Shown: positions 1 through 10,175, numbered from the stretch's first letter. The stretch: 64,000 bases of DNA from Mycoplasmatota bacterium (GCA_018394315.1 CP074575.1:1458615-1522614), one strand, 5' to 3'. Notes: generated by a model from the sequence alone, not told the origin. Translations and numbers: made by a program.

Positions 1-89
1 TAATAAATAGGTAACTGCTGCAATTACACTTTTCCCTGTGTCAACTCTTTAAGTTTCATCTAATCATCTCGTTAAACAAATTAACTTAG

Positions 90-243
90 AAAGAATTTTG
101 TCGAGTTGGTGTTATTTACAATCCTATGAGAAAGTTTAAAAAACTTAACAAGGATGATGTTGAAATAGTTACAATAAGTCCTAAAGTCCTAAAATCTATT
201 CTTTATTATTTAAGGTATGCAGAACAAACTCTTAAAGTACTAA
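90..243 (+). pseudogene. Internal fragment of a tyrosine integrase related to 20138..21085
   Basis: FCRVGVIYNPMRKFKKLNKDDVEIVTISPKVLKSILYYLRYAEQTLKVL aligns with YCEVQELINNNPLRNFTLLKKEDTETVIISPKVIKSIIKYLNTTEQTQEVL of the intact integrase; catalytic domain absent; followed by element-end hairpin and att core. Confidence 0.8.
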
Positions 244-329
244 AAAAAATAGGTAGTCGATTAAAGAGTGAATCATGGTTTTTCGCAACACATGATTTCA
301 ACTTTTATCACTTACCTATGCTATTTTAA

Positions 330-467
330 TGGCACCCCAGGAGAGATTCGAACTCTCTAAACACTAATTTAAGCTTATATATTATTAAGTTTTCAAGTAA
401 TTATATCATACGACATGGAAACTGACTTTCCACCTTAGAAAAAAAGGTGAGATTATTTCTCACTTTT
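330..467 (+). repeat. att/arm module R1 (full 26-bp tRNA 3' end, arm, palindrome, hairpin)
   Basis: TGGCACCCCAGGAGAGATTCGAACTC-TCTAAACACT...CATGGAAACTGACTTTCCACC...GTGAGA/TCTCAC. Confidence 0.95.
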
Positions 468-554
468 GACATTAACTGATTTTAGTACAAATAATACCTT
501 TTATTGGTACCCTTAAACGTTCTGAGTAGGATAAATACCGATAATACCGTCGTT

Positions 555-1730
555 TCAATCACTTATAACTATCAAATTAGGTAAATGTAAATATTCACAA
601 TGTATTATCAGTTCATTTTCGATAGCATCAGTTAGCGTTATTACCTTATCATCAACTAACAGTACATAATCAGAGAATGAACCTCCTATCATAGTGTAAT
701 TACCAAAAGTTTCTTCATAATCAAGATCATAACTATTGGAAGCATTATAATACATAGGATTTTGATACATCCCGATATATACACCATTTCCATCAAAGTA
801 ATTACTTATAATTTCTGGGACAAAGTGTTTTTCGTTCATAAACACTTTCTCTGCTGTAGTCTGACCAGGACCAGTTTCTAGGTAAATACCGAAAGTTATA
901 TTAACGAGGTTACCAACTTTAAAATCGTTTGATACCCCATCGGCATACTCAGTTTTCTCACTAATAGAAACATATGTTAATCCCGGCTGGAATAAAGATT
1001 GTACTAAAATATCGTGCTCATCAAAATCAACAATTGGTCCAATTATGTTGTTGTTTACACCAACAATTGGTGGATAATATGCTTTTACTGCGGTGGCTGT
1101 CCAAGGATAACTGGATTTATCAAGATCTTTTACTTCAAATTCTAGATGATATCTCCATTGTTCTATCTCAGGGAATTCATCAGAGGTCTCTGTGTCTTCT
1201 AATATTTCAACCCATATATGACCAAAGTTTGATAGTTTATCGGGAATAAGTAATTTATTTCCTATTTTATCTCTAGGCCACCCACCAATCATATTTGCAT
1301 CGGATAACATTTTAGCCTCTTTGGTATAATCTCTTTTTTCACACGCTCCTTTTATGGAACATAATTCCTCTATAGATATCCCTAATTCTTTAATACTCGT
1401 TCTACCATTAATCTTATAATCTGGACCAGATAACATATATGCATTACCATCTTTGAAAGCAAATACTCCTGTATAACAATTACTCCCCCCCTGTCCAGAT
1501 ATTTTCCATTCGTTATTTAATAATACAGGCCATACAATATCTTCAGTACAATTTTCAGAAGAGATAGTGTCCCTTTTCCATATTTCATAATTGTTGATTT
1601 CACCTATATAGATAAGATCTTTCATTGGTATTTTGAATCTATCACTTATGATTGATGCACTAGGATTATTATTACATGAAGAAACTAATACTATTGTTGT
1701 CAAAATAATGAATACTTTAATATACTTCAC
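555..1730 (-). CDS. Lipoprotein of unknown function (cassette A)
   Basis: GTG start after GGAGAAAGGGTG; basic N-terminus, hydrophobic stretch, LVSSC lipobox; the ORF-track extension to 1850 runs into the repeat. Confidence 0.8.
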   Translation of the reverse strand: MKYIKVFIILTTIVLVSSCNNNPSASIISDRFKIPMKDLIYIGEINNYEIWKRDTISSENCTEDIVWPVLLNNEWKISGQGGSNCYTGVFAFKDGNAYMLSGPDYKINGRTSIKELGISIEELCSIKGACEKRDYTKEAKMLSDANMIGGWPRDKIGNKLLIPDKLSNFGHIWVEILEDTETSDEFPEIEQWRYHLEFEVKDLDKSSYPWTATAVKAYYPPIVGVNNNIIGPIVDFDEHDILVQSLFQPGLTYVSISEKTEYADGVSNDFKVGNLVNITFGIYLETGPGQTTAEKVFMNEKHFVPEIISNYFDGNGVYIGMYQNPMYYNASNSYDLDYEETFGNYTMIGGSFSDYVLLVDDKVITLTDAIENELIIHCEYLHLPNLIVISD

Positions 1731-1830
1731 AAAAATCACCCTTTCTCCACACTTGTACTCTAATAATATCATATCAGGCCCAAAAAAAAGAAAAATAGGT
1801 TCGATAGAGTAATATTTTGGATTAGAGAAG

Positions 1831-1954
1831 GATTCGAACTCTCTAAACACTGATTTAAGCTTATATATTATTAAGTTTTCAAAAGCATTATAACATACGA
1901 CATGGAAACTGGCTTTCCACCTTAGAAAAAAACGAAAAATATTTTTCGTTTTTT
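1831..1954 (+). repeat. att/arm module R2
   Basis: GATTCGAACTCTCTAAACACTGATTTAAGC...TGGAAACTGGCTTTCCA...AAAACGAAAAA/TTTTTCGTTTT. Confidence 0.95.
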
Positions 1955-2119
1955 AATGTAATGATAATAGAGAAAGATTCTCTACCCTACAGATATAACC
2001 ATAAGGTTAGTGTTTTTTTGATATTAGTTGTTGTATGTACTGTAATTTGGTAGTTACAAAAGTATATGATAAAATTGAAATAAGTTAGGAAATGATTATC
2101 AAAATAAAGGGTGAATAAG

Positions 2120-3337
2120 ATGAATAAAATATTAACCATGTTTTTTCTATTAGTGTTAAGTAGTACTTTAATAGCGTGTGAGAAGGAAACAGTTCCATTG
2201 AATGAGGGTGTGAAAAACCCATTAGTAACTGAAGGGAATTCTGAGTTTGCTTTTGATATCTTCAGGGAGTTAAATAATGATGATTATAATGAGAATATTT
2301 TTATATCTCCTTTTAGTATTTCGAGTGCACTAGCAATGACTTTGAATGGGGCAGTAGGAGATACTAAAGATTCAATGCAAACTACACTGCAACTAAAAGA
2401 CATAAATATTGAGGATATGAATAATGGGTTTGCATATTTAAATCACATGTTAACAAACCTTGATGATGATGTTGAGATTAATATCGCAAATTCGCTTTGG
2501 GTGAAAGATGAATTTACAATGAACAAGCAATTTGAATTTGATATTAAAAGTAATTTTAATGCGAATGCTACTTTGCTGGATTTTGAAGATGATAAGTCGG
2601 TAGATGTAATTAATGAATGGGTAAGTGACAAGACTAATGATTTAATAGATGAAATAATTATAGGAATAGATCCATATGCTGCATTAATCTTAATAAATGC
2701 GATATATTTTAATGGTTCTTGGCAAGATGAATTTGATCCTAGCAAGACTCAATCAAGAGATTTTACTACAATAGACAAAAATGTTATACAAGTTGATATG
2801 ATGAACAGAACCGATGAAATCGGTTTTTATGAGGATAGTGAAATCACAGCTGTAAAACTACCATATGGTGATGGATCAATTAGTATGTATTGTGTTTTGC
2901 CTAATGGAAATGAAGACATAAATTCTGTGATTCGAGAGATGAACGTAGATAAGTGGAATGATTTAAGAAATGAAATGAACTACTTTTATGAAGTTACTCT
3001 TGAGTTACCAAAATTTAAAATGGAATATGGGATTAAAGAATTAAACGATGCTTTGATAAATCTAGGCATGGACGTAGCATTTGATGAAAGAGCATATTTT
3101 CCTGATTTAATAGAGGGAATGGAAGATAATCTATATATAAATGCAGTAAACCATAAAGCGGTAGTTGACGTTGGTGAAGGGGGGACTGAGGCAGCAGCAG
3201 TTACATCTGTTGTTACAGCACCGGGAGCATCACCTATTGAAATTGAGGAACGTACGTTTATAGCAAATAGACCATTTTTATTTATAATAGGTGATGAAGA
3301 AGGAAATATCTTATTCATGGGAAAAAAAGTAACATAA
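2120..3337 (+). CDS. Lipoprotein serpin (cassette B)
   Basis: LIAC lipobox; NIFISPFSI, LINAIYFNGSW, hinge EGGTEAAAVT and FIANRPFLF serpin motifs. Confidence 0.95.
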   Translation: MNKILTMFFLLVLSSTLIACEKETVPLNEGVKNPLVTEGNSEFAFDIFRELNNDDYNENIFISPFSISSALAMTLNGAVGDTKDSMQTTLQLKDINIEDMNNGFAYLNHMLTNLDDDVEINIANSLWVKDEFTMNKQFEFDIKSNFNANATLLDFEDDKSVDVINEWVSDKTNDLIDEIIIGIDPYAALILINAIYFNGSWQDEFDPSKTQSRDFTTIDKNVIQVDMMNRTDEIGFYEDSEITAVKLPYGDGSISMYCVLPNGNEDINSVIREMNVDKWNDLRNEMNYFYEVTLELPKFKMEYGIKELNDALINLGMDVAFDERAYFPDLIEGMEDNLYINAVNHKAVVDVGEGGTEAAAVTSVVTAPGASPIEIEERTFIANRPFLFIIGDEEGNILFMGKKVT

Positions 3338-3389
3338 TTAATAAAGGGTGTTATTATGATAGTAGAAGTTAAAATGGAACAGGTATTTT

Positions 3390-3513
3390 GATTCGAACTC
3401 TCTAAACACTGATTTAAGCTTATAAATTATTAATTTTTCAAAGGCATTATAACATATTACATGGAAACTGGCTTTCCACCCTAGAAAAAAAGTAGAAAAT
3501 AATTTTCTACTTT
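3390..3513 (+). repeat. att/arm module R3
   Basis: Same module; hairpin AAAGTAGAAAA/TTTTCTACTTT. Confidence 0.95.
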
Positions 3514-3546
3514 ATATTTCTTATGATCGCACGCTTATAATCTTCA

Positions 3547-4074
3547 TTATTCAGATATCATACCATCTTTGAACTCTTGATATGCACTCTCGAAATCTAA
3601 TAACATTGATTCAGGAATATACATTACAAACAGTTCGTCTAATCTGTAAGATTCATCATCGCTTTTAATCAATCCTCTTCCAGCAACGTTGCCGACACCA
3701 AAAGGTTGAGATAGATCAAGCGTACTCCCACCAGTTCCCACACTAAATGCTTTAACAGGTACTCTTATCACAATTTTATCATCGACTTTCACCAAGTCAC
3801 CTTTTAGAACATTTATTATCTTTACTTCATAAATGTGACGTGGCATTTTTTGTCCATTTTCTTTATGCTCTTCAAGGCCTAAGTATTCTTTAATCTCGAT
3901 AATTGCAAAATCTGAAATGAATCTCTCAAAATTTTCCAATGTGGGAAGAATGAGATTTTCCTCAAAGGTAATACCTGGAACTTTTTTCATATGATATTTT
4001 TCATAAATATCCTCTGTTGACAGTGTACAACCTGAAAGAACCAGAATTAAAAAAAGTATTGTAATTTTTTTCAT
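3547..4074 (-). CDS. Lipoprotein (cassette C)
   Basis: MKKITILFLILVLSGC lipoprotein signal; RBS AAGGA. Confidence 0.85.
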   Translation of the reverse strand: MKKITILFLILVLSGCTLSTEDIYEKYHMKKVPGITFEENLILPTLENFERFISDFAIIEIKEYLGLEEHKENGQKMPRHIYEVKIINVLKGDLVKVDDKIVIRVPVKAFSVGTGGSTLDLSQPFGVGNVAGRGLIKSDDESYRLDELFVMYIPESMLLDFESAYQEFKDGMISE

Positions 4075-4189
4075 ATGTTCCTTCACCTTCTCTGTATATT
4101 AGTAACCATGATGTTTCTAGTACACTCTAATAATATCAGATTTGCAAAAAAAATATGAGTAAAACGTTCGACATCAAAAACAGAGGATT

Positions 4190-4314
4190 GATTCGAACTC
4201 TCTAAACACTGATTTTAGCTTATAAATTATTAAGTTTTCAAAGGCATTATAACATATGACTTGGAAACTGGCTTTCCACCTTGGAAAAAAAGTGAGAATC
4301 TTTTTCTCACTTTT
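4190..4314 (+). repeat. att/arm module R4
   Basis: Same module; hairpin AAAAGTGAGAA/TTCTCACTTTT. Confidence 0.95.
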
Positions 4315-4342
4315 GATTATGTAAATATTTATAAATCACTCT

Positions 4343-4660
4343 TTACTGCAGAAGCCAATAATTGTTCGTGTTGTATTCATATTTTTCTAACATTGCATGA
4401 TCAATCCATTTATTAACAGCTTCTTGATGGAAATAGTATTTATTATCAATGATTAGATATGGAAACATAACACCGGTAAATATATGATATTCTTCCAACA
4501 TACTTTGCTCTATTGCAATGATTTTCATTATTTTATCATCTTCTAGTCCTAAAAAAACAGAAACTTCAGTAATATCCATCAATTCACTGTTATCATCAAC
4601 CTCATCTGTTGTGTTTGTAGACGTATAACCATGTACAACTATGCCAATAGATATGATCAA
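4343..4660 (-). CDS. Small membrane-anchored protein with possible excisionase/HTH_17-like domain (cassette D); start may lie further upstream
   Basis: Hydrophobic N-terminus, then LMDITEVSVFLGL...FPYLII..KYYF...VNKWI; strong RBS near 4705. Confidence 0.6.
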   Translation of the reverse strand: MIISIGIVVHGYTSTNTTDEVDDNSELMDITEVSVFLGLEDDKIMKIIAIEQSMLEEYHIFTGVMFPYLIIDNKYYFHQEAVNKWIDHAMLEKYEYNTNNYWLLQ

Positions 4661-4967
4661 ACAACCTATAAGAAAATTATAATTTATTCCCTTAATAATA
4701 AACCCCTCCCTTTTCCTGATTCCTCTGACCTCCCTATTCTAATAATAGAAGAAGCGAAAAATGAGAACCAAAAACTATATTAAATTATACCACTTTAAAT
4801 TGAGTTGTGATACACATAGAATCCGACGAATTTTTATAATCCGATCCAACCTATAATTAATACGAGAGATTCTTAGAATTGATACAAGAAAAGTGTTAGT
4901 GAGATTATAGATTTAGGTAGAATTCGACAAGCACATATCAATAAAGATTCAATACCAAGAGAATGGG

Positions 4968-5090
4968 GACTCGAACTCTCTAAACACTTATTTAAGCTTA
5001 TAAATTATTAAGTTTTCAAAGACATTATAACATATGACATAGAATCTGGTTTTCCACCTTACAAAAAAAGTGAAAAATAATTTTCACTTT
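4968..5090 (+). repeat. att/arm module R5
   Basis: GACTCGAACTCTCTAAACACT...; slightly diverged palindrome. Confidence 0.9.
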
Positions 5091-5195
5091 CTAAAAAATT
5101 AAATAGGAGTAATTATATAGTTGTTTCTGTAATTGAATAAGATTTCTCCTAACGGATTTTCGTCATTATCTATATCCACTATTCTGTATTATCTT

Positions 5196-6128
5196 TTAAT
5201 CTATAGGTGTTGTCTCCATCCCTTTTGAACTCCAGTCCACTATTTTAGTAATATTATCAATCGTGTCAAAATATAGTACACCATCAAAAAAATAGATTGA
5301 CCCCCCTATTGATACATTTAAAGAGAATGAGAGTCTATTTGTTCCGTCACTAATAGTAGCGACTTTCTCGTAATAAGATTCACTTACGAACACATCCCTA
5401 TTTAGGCAATTTAAGTTGTCTATCTTATCATTCTCGAACTGTGACATAATATCATCTCCGATTCTCTCTATAAATTCATCTGAGAAGTAAGGAAAGAGTG
5501 CACTCTCAAATGTAGTTCGAACCTTGTTTTCATCTAGAGGGGTATAGCTGTCACAAAGGCCTATATCTGCATAAACTAGGTTGAAATAACTCTCAAAAAA
5601 TGATTCAGTTATTTGTACTAACTCTTCCTGAGCAATTTCATTATTAGTTTCTGTGTATGGTTGTGTTTCATCTTTCCAAAAAACATCAACCCAGTCAGCA
5701 GAAATCACATCAACAATGCTAATTAGACCGAATTCAATAGCATTCATCAAGTGAACGTAAGACCCATTGTGTTCTATGAAATAGTAATGATTGGTTGGAT
5801 TTTCCCACGAATAGCCTTTGTGCATCTTGGTAATTATGACGTTTTCATCCTCCCAAATAATTTCTGTGAAATCTTCTTTCACTGAGGAATTATTCCAAAA
5901 TCCTCTTGGGTATTTGTGAGAAATCATATAAACTTGTAAATCATTAAGCTGATAACTAGTTGGAATAACCTGATATTTAACTTGTATGCTCCAGTTAGAA
6001 TAACTATCACCAGGCACTTCTATGTATATTTCTTTAATTATAGTTTCACCAGGTACTTCTACATATTTTGTACAACCTGATAAGATCATAACTCCTAATA
6101 TTGATAACAAAGGTAATAATTTTTTCAT
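5196..6128 (-). CDS. Lipoprotein (cassette E)
   Basis: MKKLLPLLSILGVMILSGC lipobox; short repeat YxEVPG. Confidence 0.85.
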   Translation of the reverse strand: MKKLLPLLSILGVMILSGCTKYVEVPGETIIKEIYIEVPGDSYSNWSIQVKYQVIPTSYQLNDLQVYMISHKYPRGFWNNSSVKEDFTEIIWEDENVIITKMHKGYSWENPTNHYYFIEHNGSYVHLMNAIEFGLISIVDVISADWVDVFWKDETQPYTETNNEIAQEELVQITESFFESYFNLVYADIGLCDSYTPLDENKVRTTFESALFPYFSDEFIERIGDDIMSQFENDKIDNLNCLNRDVFVSESYYEKVATISDGTNRLSFSLNVSIGGSIYFFDGVLYFDTIDNITKIVDWSSKGMETTPID

Positions 6129-6285
6129 GATTTCCTCTCCCTGATAAGCTTATTTTATAATCACTTTCCTTTTGATAGAATTATTCATTTATTCTATAAT
6201 AATGATATCATTGAAATTATGCTTTTAATACACATAGAATTCGACAAAATCTTGTCAGAAAAAAATCAACGTTCTAGAGAACAAG

Positions 6286-6411
6286 GATTCGAACTCTCTA
6301 AACACTGATTTAAGCTTATATGATATTAAGTTTTCAAAAACATTGTAACATACGACATGGAAACTGGCTTTCCACCTTAGAAAAAAAGTGAGATTATTAC
6401 TTCTCACTTTT
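6286..6411 (+). repeat. att/arm module R6
   Basis: Same module. Confidence 0.95.
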
Positions 6412-6620
6412 CATGTTTAAATATTTAACAACTAATTTATACATCATCATATATATTGTCATTCAATAAAAATATCATTAAACTATTTGGTTAGTAAGAT
6501 AACATACAAAGTTTTAATTCATAACTCGATTTGAGAGAAGAAGAGATTAGAATTTGAATTAAATGAAATTATAACCATATAGTTATTCCATATTTATTAT
6601 GTAATTTCAATATAATCAAT

Positions 6621-6698
6621 ATACAATAAAAAAAATATACAATAAAAAAAAGATACAATGAATAAAAGATACAATAAAACATGATGCAATAAAACAAG
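6621..6698. repeat. Five 15-16-bp tandem repeats beginning ATACAATAAAA
   Basis: Units start at 6621, 6637, 6653, 6669, 6684. Confidence 0.75.
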
Positions 6699-6736
6699 TA
6701 CCGCAAAAAAAGAGACTAAAAAGTCTCAATATATAC

Positions 6737-7453
6737 CTATTTATAATTTATTTTCGCTTTAAATATATAAACGTAGTCATAGTTTAAAATTCTTTCTAGA
6801 GCTTTTTGATCATTATCAAAAACATCTAAATCGATACCAAGCGAAGCATCTCCACCTTCTCTTGCGATTATTGCTAATATGAGAGGTTCGTTTAATGCTA
6901 TTTTCTTATCAGATCTCAAGCCTGCCCAGGTAGTTCCAATACCAATAATATCCTCATTATTTAAGTTTACTAGTGAAGAAATGCTACCTATTGATTGAGA
7001 AGAACTATCTTTCTCCACAACAGAAATTATCCACTCATCATTATTACTATGAATTGTGTTTTTTGACAACATAATGCTTCCTGTATTTATACTTTGAAAA
7101 TGATTAAGTTCAACAACATTATCTTGAAAAATTCCATCTCTATAATATTCAACCCAGCAGTTAACTCGTATATTTTCGAGCTCGTCCATAGAGTACTCGA
7201 ATATAAAATATTGATCTGCACCTGCAGTCTTTACCAATATTTCTTGATTTTCGGTTAGTTCTAATGGTGATATTTCAATAATTCCATCCTCTTTTACCGT
7301 AGTGTCACATCCTGATAAAATCATTAGTAACACTGATAGCAAAACAAATAAATTATTATTACTTTTCAAAACAGATGAACTCTTCCGAACAAAAGAATTA
7401 TCATCCATACATAAAGATAAATTACTAGTTATATTTCCCTCTTCAATTAACAC
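6737..7453 (-). CDS. Probable lipoprotein (cassette F); start uncertain
   Basis: LLSVLLMILSGC lipobox behind an unusually long N-terminus. Confidence 0.7.
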   Translation of the reverse strand: MLIEEGNITSNLSLCMDDNSFVRKSSSVLKSNNNLFVLLSVLLMILSGCDTTVKEDGIIEISPLELTENQEILVKTAGADQYFIFEYSMDELENIRVNCWVEYYRDGIFQDNVVELNHFQSINTGSIMLSKNTIHSNNDEWIISVVEKDSSSQSIGSISSLVNLNNEDIIGIGTTWAGLRSDKKIALNEPLILAIIAREGGDASLGIDLDVFDNDQKALERILNYDYVYIFKAKINYK

Positions 7454-7712
7454 TATTATCTCACCCTTTCAAATCACTTTACATTCTATCAATAGTATAA
7501 ACCATGCTACTATCCAATGCTACCCTATAATGAATAAAGTCATTAGTTTTAATAGATACCATTGAAATGACTTATTATTTAAAAATATATAGTATGAGTA
7601 TTCATGTTTTTAATGTTAGAACTGGGGGAGTCCATTGTACTTTCTAAATAAACTATATTCTCTATATGATTATCCCACGATAGAATTTTTACACCTGTTT
7701 ACCAATGGGAGT

Positions 7713-7834
7713 GGTTCGAACTCTCTAAACACTGATTTAAGCTTATATATTATTAAGTTTTCAAGCCATTATATCATACGACATGTAAACTGACTTTCCA
7801 CCTTAGAAAAAAAGTGAGATTATTTCTACTTTTT
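7713..7834 (+). repeat. att/arm module R7
   Basis: GGTTCGAACTCTCTAAACACTG... Confidence 0.95.
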
Positions 7835-7880
7835 CGTTTAAGTTTTGCTGAGTGGAGAATATCTAATTTCTTGTTTATAC

Positions 7881-8492
7881 TTATCCCCCATGAATATTAT
7901 ACATAGTATTACCCACACTATCATAAACATTCATTCCAGTGAATGCAGAAAAATCTCGATCAGTTCTATCAATCATATAATAGCCATCGCCCATTTGATG
8001 ATTTTTTTCAGCAATATTTAATATTATGGGCTCTTGGTTTCTGAATTCATAAATAACCTGTGAAACGTCGTCGTTGACTATTACTCCAAATATAACCTTG
8101 GGCACTAGATTGCTATATTGAATAACAGGAGCAGTAGTAGAACTACGTTCAGCATCATATTCATTAAGCTGATAATCCCCAGAGTTATCTTTAGTGACTT
8201 TACATAGTTTTAGAATATAAAAATCTTCAATCGAATCAATATAAGAATAAAATAGATAGATTTGGTCATCAGACTCAAATAGTTTATGCACCTGTAAAAA
8301 GTCTTGTTTGGGAGAACTCACCCGTATAAAGTTTTCTTGGTCTTCAAGATTTTTATATACTAAATCCTCGGCGACTAATAAAATAGTGCTAGCTTCTTCC
8401 TGCAGATTTATTTCTCTCTCACAACCAGAAAGAAGTTGTACTGACAATATGATAAAAAATTTCAAGGTAATATTTCCTAGATGATTTTTCAT
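7881..8492 (-). CDS. Lipoprotein (cassette G, gene 2)
   Basis: LLSGC lipobox; AGGAGG RBS. Confidence 0.85.
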   Translation of the reverse strand: MKNHLGNITLKFFIILSVQLLSGCEREINLQEEASTILLVAEDLVYKNLEDQENFIRVSSPKQDFLQVHKLFESDDQIYLFYSYIDSIEDFYILKLCKVTKDNSGDYQLNEYDAERSSTTAPVIQYSNLVPKVIFGVIVNDDVSQVIYEFRNQEPIILNIAEKNHQMGDGYYMIDRTDRDFSAFTGMNVYDSVGNTMYNIHGG

Positions 8493-8513
8493 GATTCCTC
8501 CTAAGTTAATATA

Positions 8514-9014
8514 CTAACTGTTATAAAAAAATGATACATCGCCCAACACCATGTCTTTTTTGTCAGTAATTATTACCCTGTAGTTTATCCCACTCGCTAA
8601 TTTTTTATCAAGAATGCAAATGACCTCTTCAATTGATTTGTTGTAAAAATAATGCGCTCCACTTGTAATTAATTTACCCAAAAAATTATCATTCTCATCT
8701 AGCACCTTTATATTATATTTGAACATGTCAGTCTCTACATTTGAAATAAATCCAAATGAAATTTGAGAGAAATAATCATAATATAATATATCTGTAATTT
8801 CAATATCATTATCTTGGTAATCACTTTTTTCTAGCTCTAGAATTATATAATCATCATTGAGATCCTCTGTGTATCGATCGTAATCTTCGAGGTTAATGTA
8901 ATAAGAACCGATGTATTCATAATGGTCTCGATAATAATTAAATTTGAGTATAGGTATTAACAGCCAAATAATAATTCCCGTTATTAAAATAATGATAAAT
9001 ATCTTTATTTTCAC
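8514..9014 (-). CDS. Membrane-anchored exported protein (cassette G, gene 1)
   Basis: N-terminal TM helix; GGGAGTGG RBS. Confidence 0.75.
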   Translation of the reverse strand: MKIKIFIIILITGIIIWLLIPILKFNYYRDHYEYIGSYYINLEDYDRYTEDLNDDYIILELEKSDYQDNDIEITDILYYDYFSQISFGFISNVETDMFKYNIKVLDENDNFLGKLITSGAHYFYNKSIEEVICILDKKLASGINYRVIITDKKDMVLGDVSFFYNS

Positions 9015-9116
9015 TATTCCACTCCCTTTTTTTCTTCATACTTTAATAATATCATAAGAGAATAAAAAAGGTGATTAGTTCGTTCGACATAGTAACCCTC
9101 TAAGAAATAGAGAAAG

Positions 9117-9241
9117 GATTCGAACTCTCTAAACACCGTTTTAAGCTTATATATTATTAAGATTTCAAGCCATTATAACATGTCACATGGAAACTGGCTT
9201 TCCACCCTAGAAAAAAAGTGAAAATATTTTTCACTTTTTTT
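9117..9241 (+). repeat. att/arm module R8
   Basis: Same module. Confidence 0.95.
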
Positions 9242-9311
9242 GATGATTATAATAATGTTTTTACTTACTAATTGATTGACATATGGATTTTCAACCCTAA
9301 CCTATTTATGA

Positions 9312-9587
9312 TTATCTATTTGTCATAACAGCAGTCCCACAGACAATTAAATTTCCCGAGTAGGTTGGGTCTTCGCTAATTCTGACCGAATAAACACTGT
9401 CTGCGCCTTTTTCCTTAGCTTGTTTTAGCAGTTCTTTGAGAGCATCATAGATTCCCTCTTGAGTTAAATAACTTCCACTTTTGTCAGCATTAGTGTTTAT
9501 TTTAAAAGCAACTGTTCCCAGTGGTTTAGTATAACTAAAGGGTTCACATGTATATACATTATCTACCACTTTTGTCCTCCCTCCCAT
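9312..9587 (-). CDS. YbjQ-like (putative heavy-metal-binding domain) protein (cassette H)
   Basis: ALKELLKQAKEKGADSV...GTAV pattern, like 62812..63129. Confidence 0.65.
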   Translation of the reverse strand: MGGRTKVVDNVYTCEPFSYTKPLGTVAFKINTNADKSGSYLTQEGIYDALKELLKQAKEKGADSVYSVRISEDPTYSGNLIVCGTAVMTNR

Positions 9588-9647
9588 AGAAGTATAGATT
9601 TTTCAATCCTACATATATCTAATAATTCTTAAATAATTTGCTTACTT

Positions 9648-9989
9648 TCACTTATTAACGTATTTACCAACTAAAATAGCTCTTATTATTACGATAATAA
9701 AGAATAAAACAAAACTCACTTTTATTATTACGCCATATAAAGTATTTTCCTCATATATCATTTTGCCTACTAATGGCAGAACTACTCCAATAAACATGAA
9801 TACACTTGTAAATATCATGGAGTTCCCTGCATATTTACCCATTCTCTCCTTATCATGTTTTTTTGGATCGTAGCCTGAGACAATATAAACCATCTTACCT
9901 TTTCTAAGTTGTCTTCCCAGTAAAAATATTACAAGATTAATAATACTGAAGAGTATTATTACAAATAAATACACATATTTACTTTCCAT
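9648..9989 (-). CDS. Small 3-TM membrane protein, DUF3784-like (cassette H)
   Basis: TM, then IVSGYD, then two TM segments. Confidence 0.65.
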   Translation of the reverse strand: MESKYVYLFVIILFSIINLVIFLLGRQLRKGKMVYIVSGYDPKKHDKERMGKYAGNSMIFTSVFMFIGVVLPLVGKMIYEENTLYGVIIKVSFVLFFIIVIIRAILVGKYVNK

Positions 9990-10108
9990 ACAACCCTCCT
10001 GTACAGTCTATGGATAGTTTATCATAAAAAATTAAAAAACCTAAAGAAAAGTGTTTGACAGAACTAGTTCACATATCCCTTTTGCATTGGATAATGATAG
10101 TAATCCTG

Positions 10109-10175
10109 GATTCGAACTCTCTAAACACTGATTTAAGCATATATATTATTCAGTATTCATAACATTATTTCATGC
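10109..10175 (+). repeat. Truncated att/arm module R9 (no palindrome or hairpin)
   Basis: GATTCGAACTCTCTAAACACTGATTTAAGC, then decays. Confidence 0.85.

Noticed and set aside
126..329. 67-aa ORF as an intact gene
   Set aside because: First ~40 codons are an integrase fragment; the rest runs through the terminal hairpin
330..355. Extra tRNA genes at 330 and 11752
   Set aside because: Only the 3' 26 nt are present; no D arm or anticodon arm
1731..1850. N-terminal extension of ORF 555..1850
   Set aside because: Crosses the promoter and module R2; the signal peptide and RBS indicate a start at 1730
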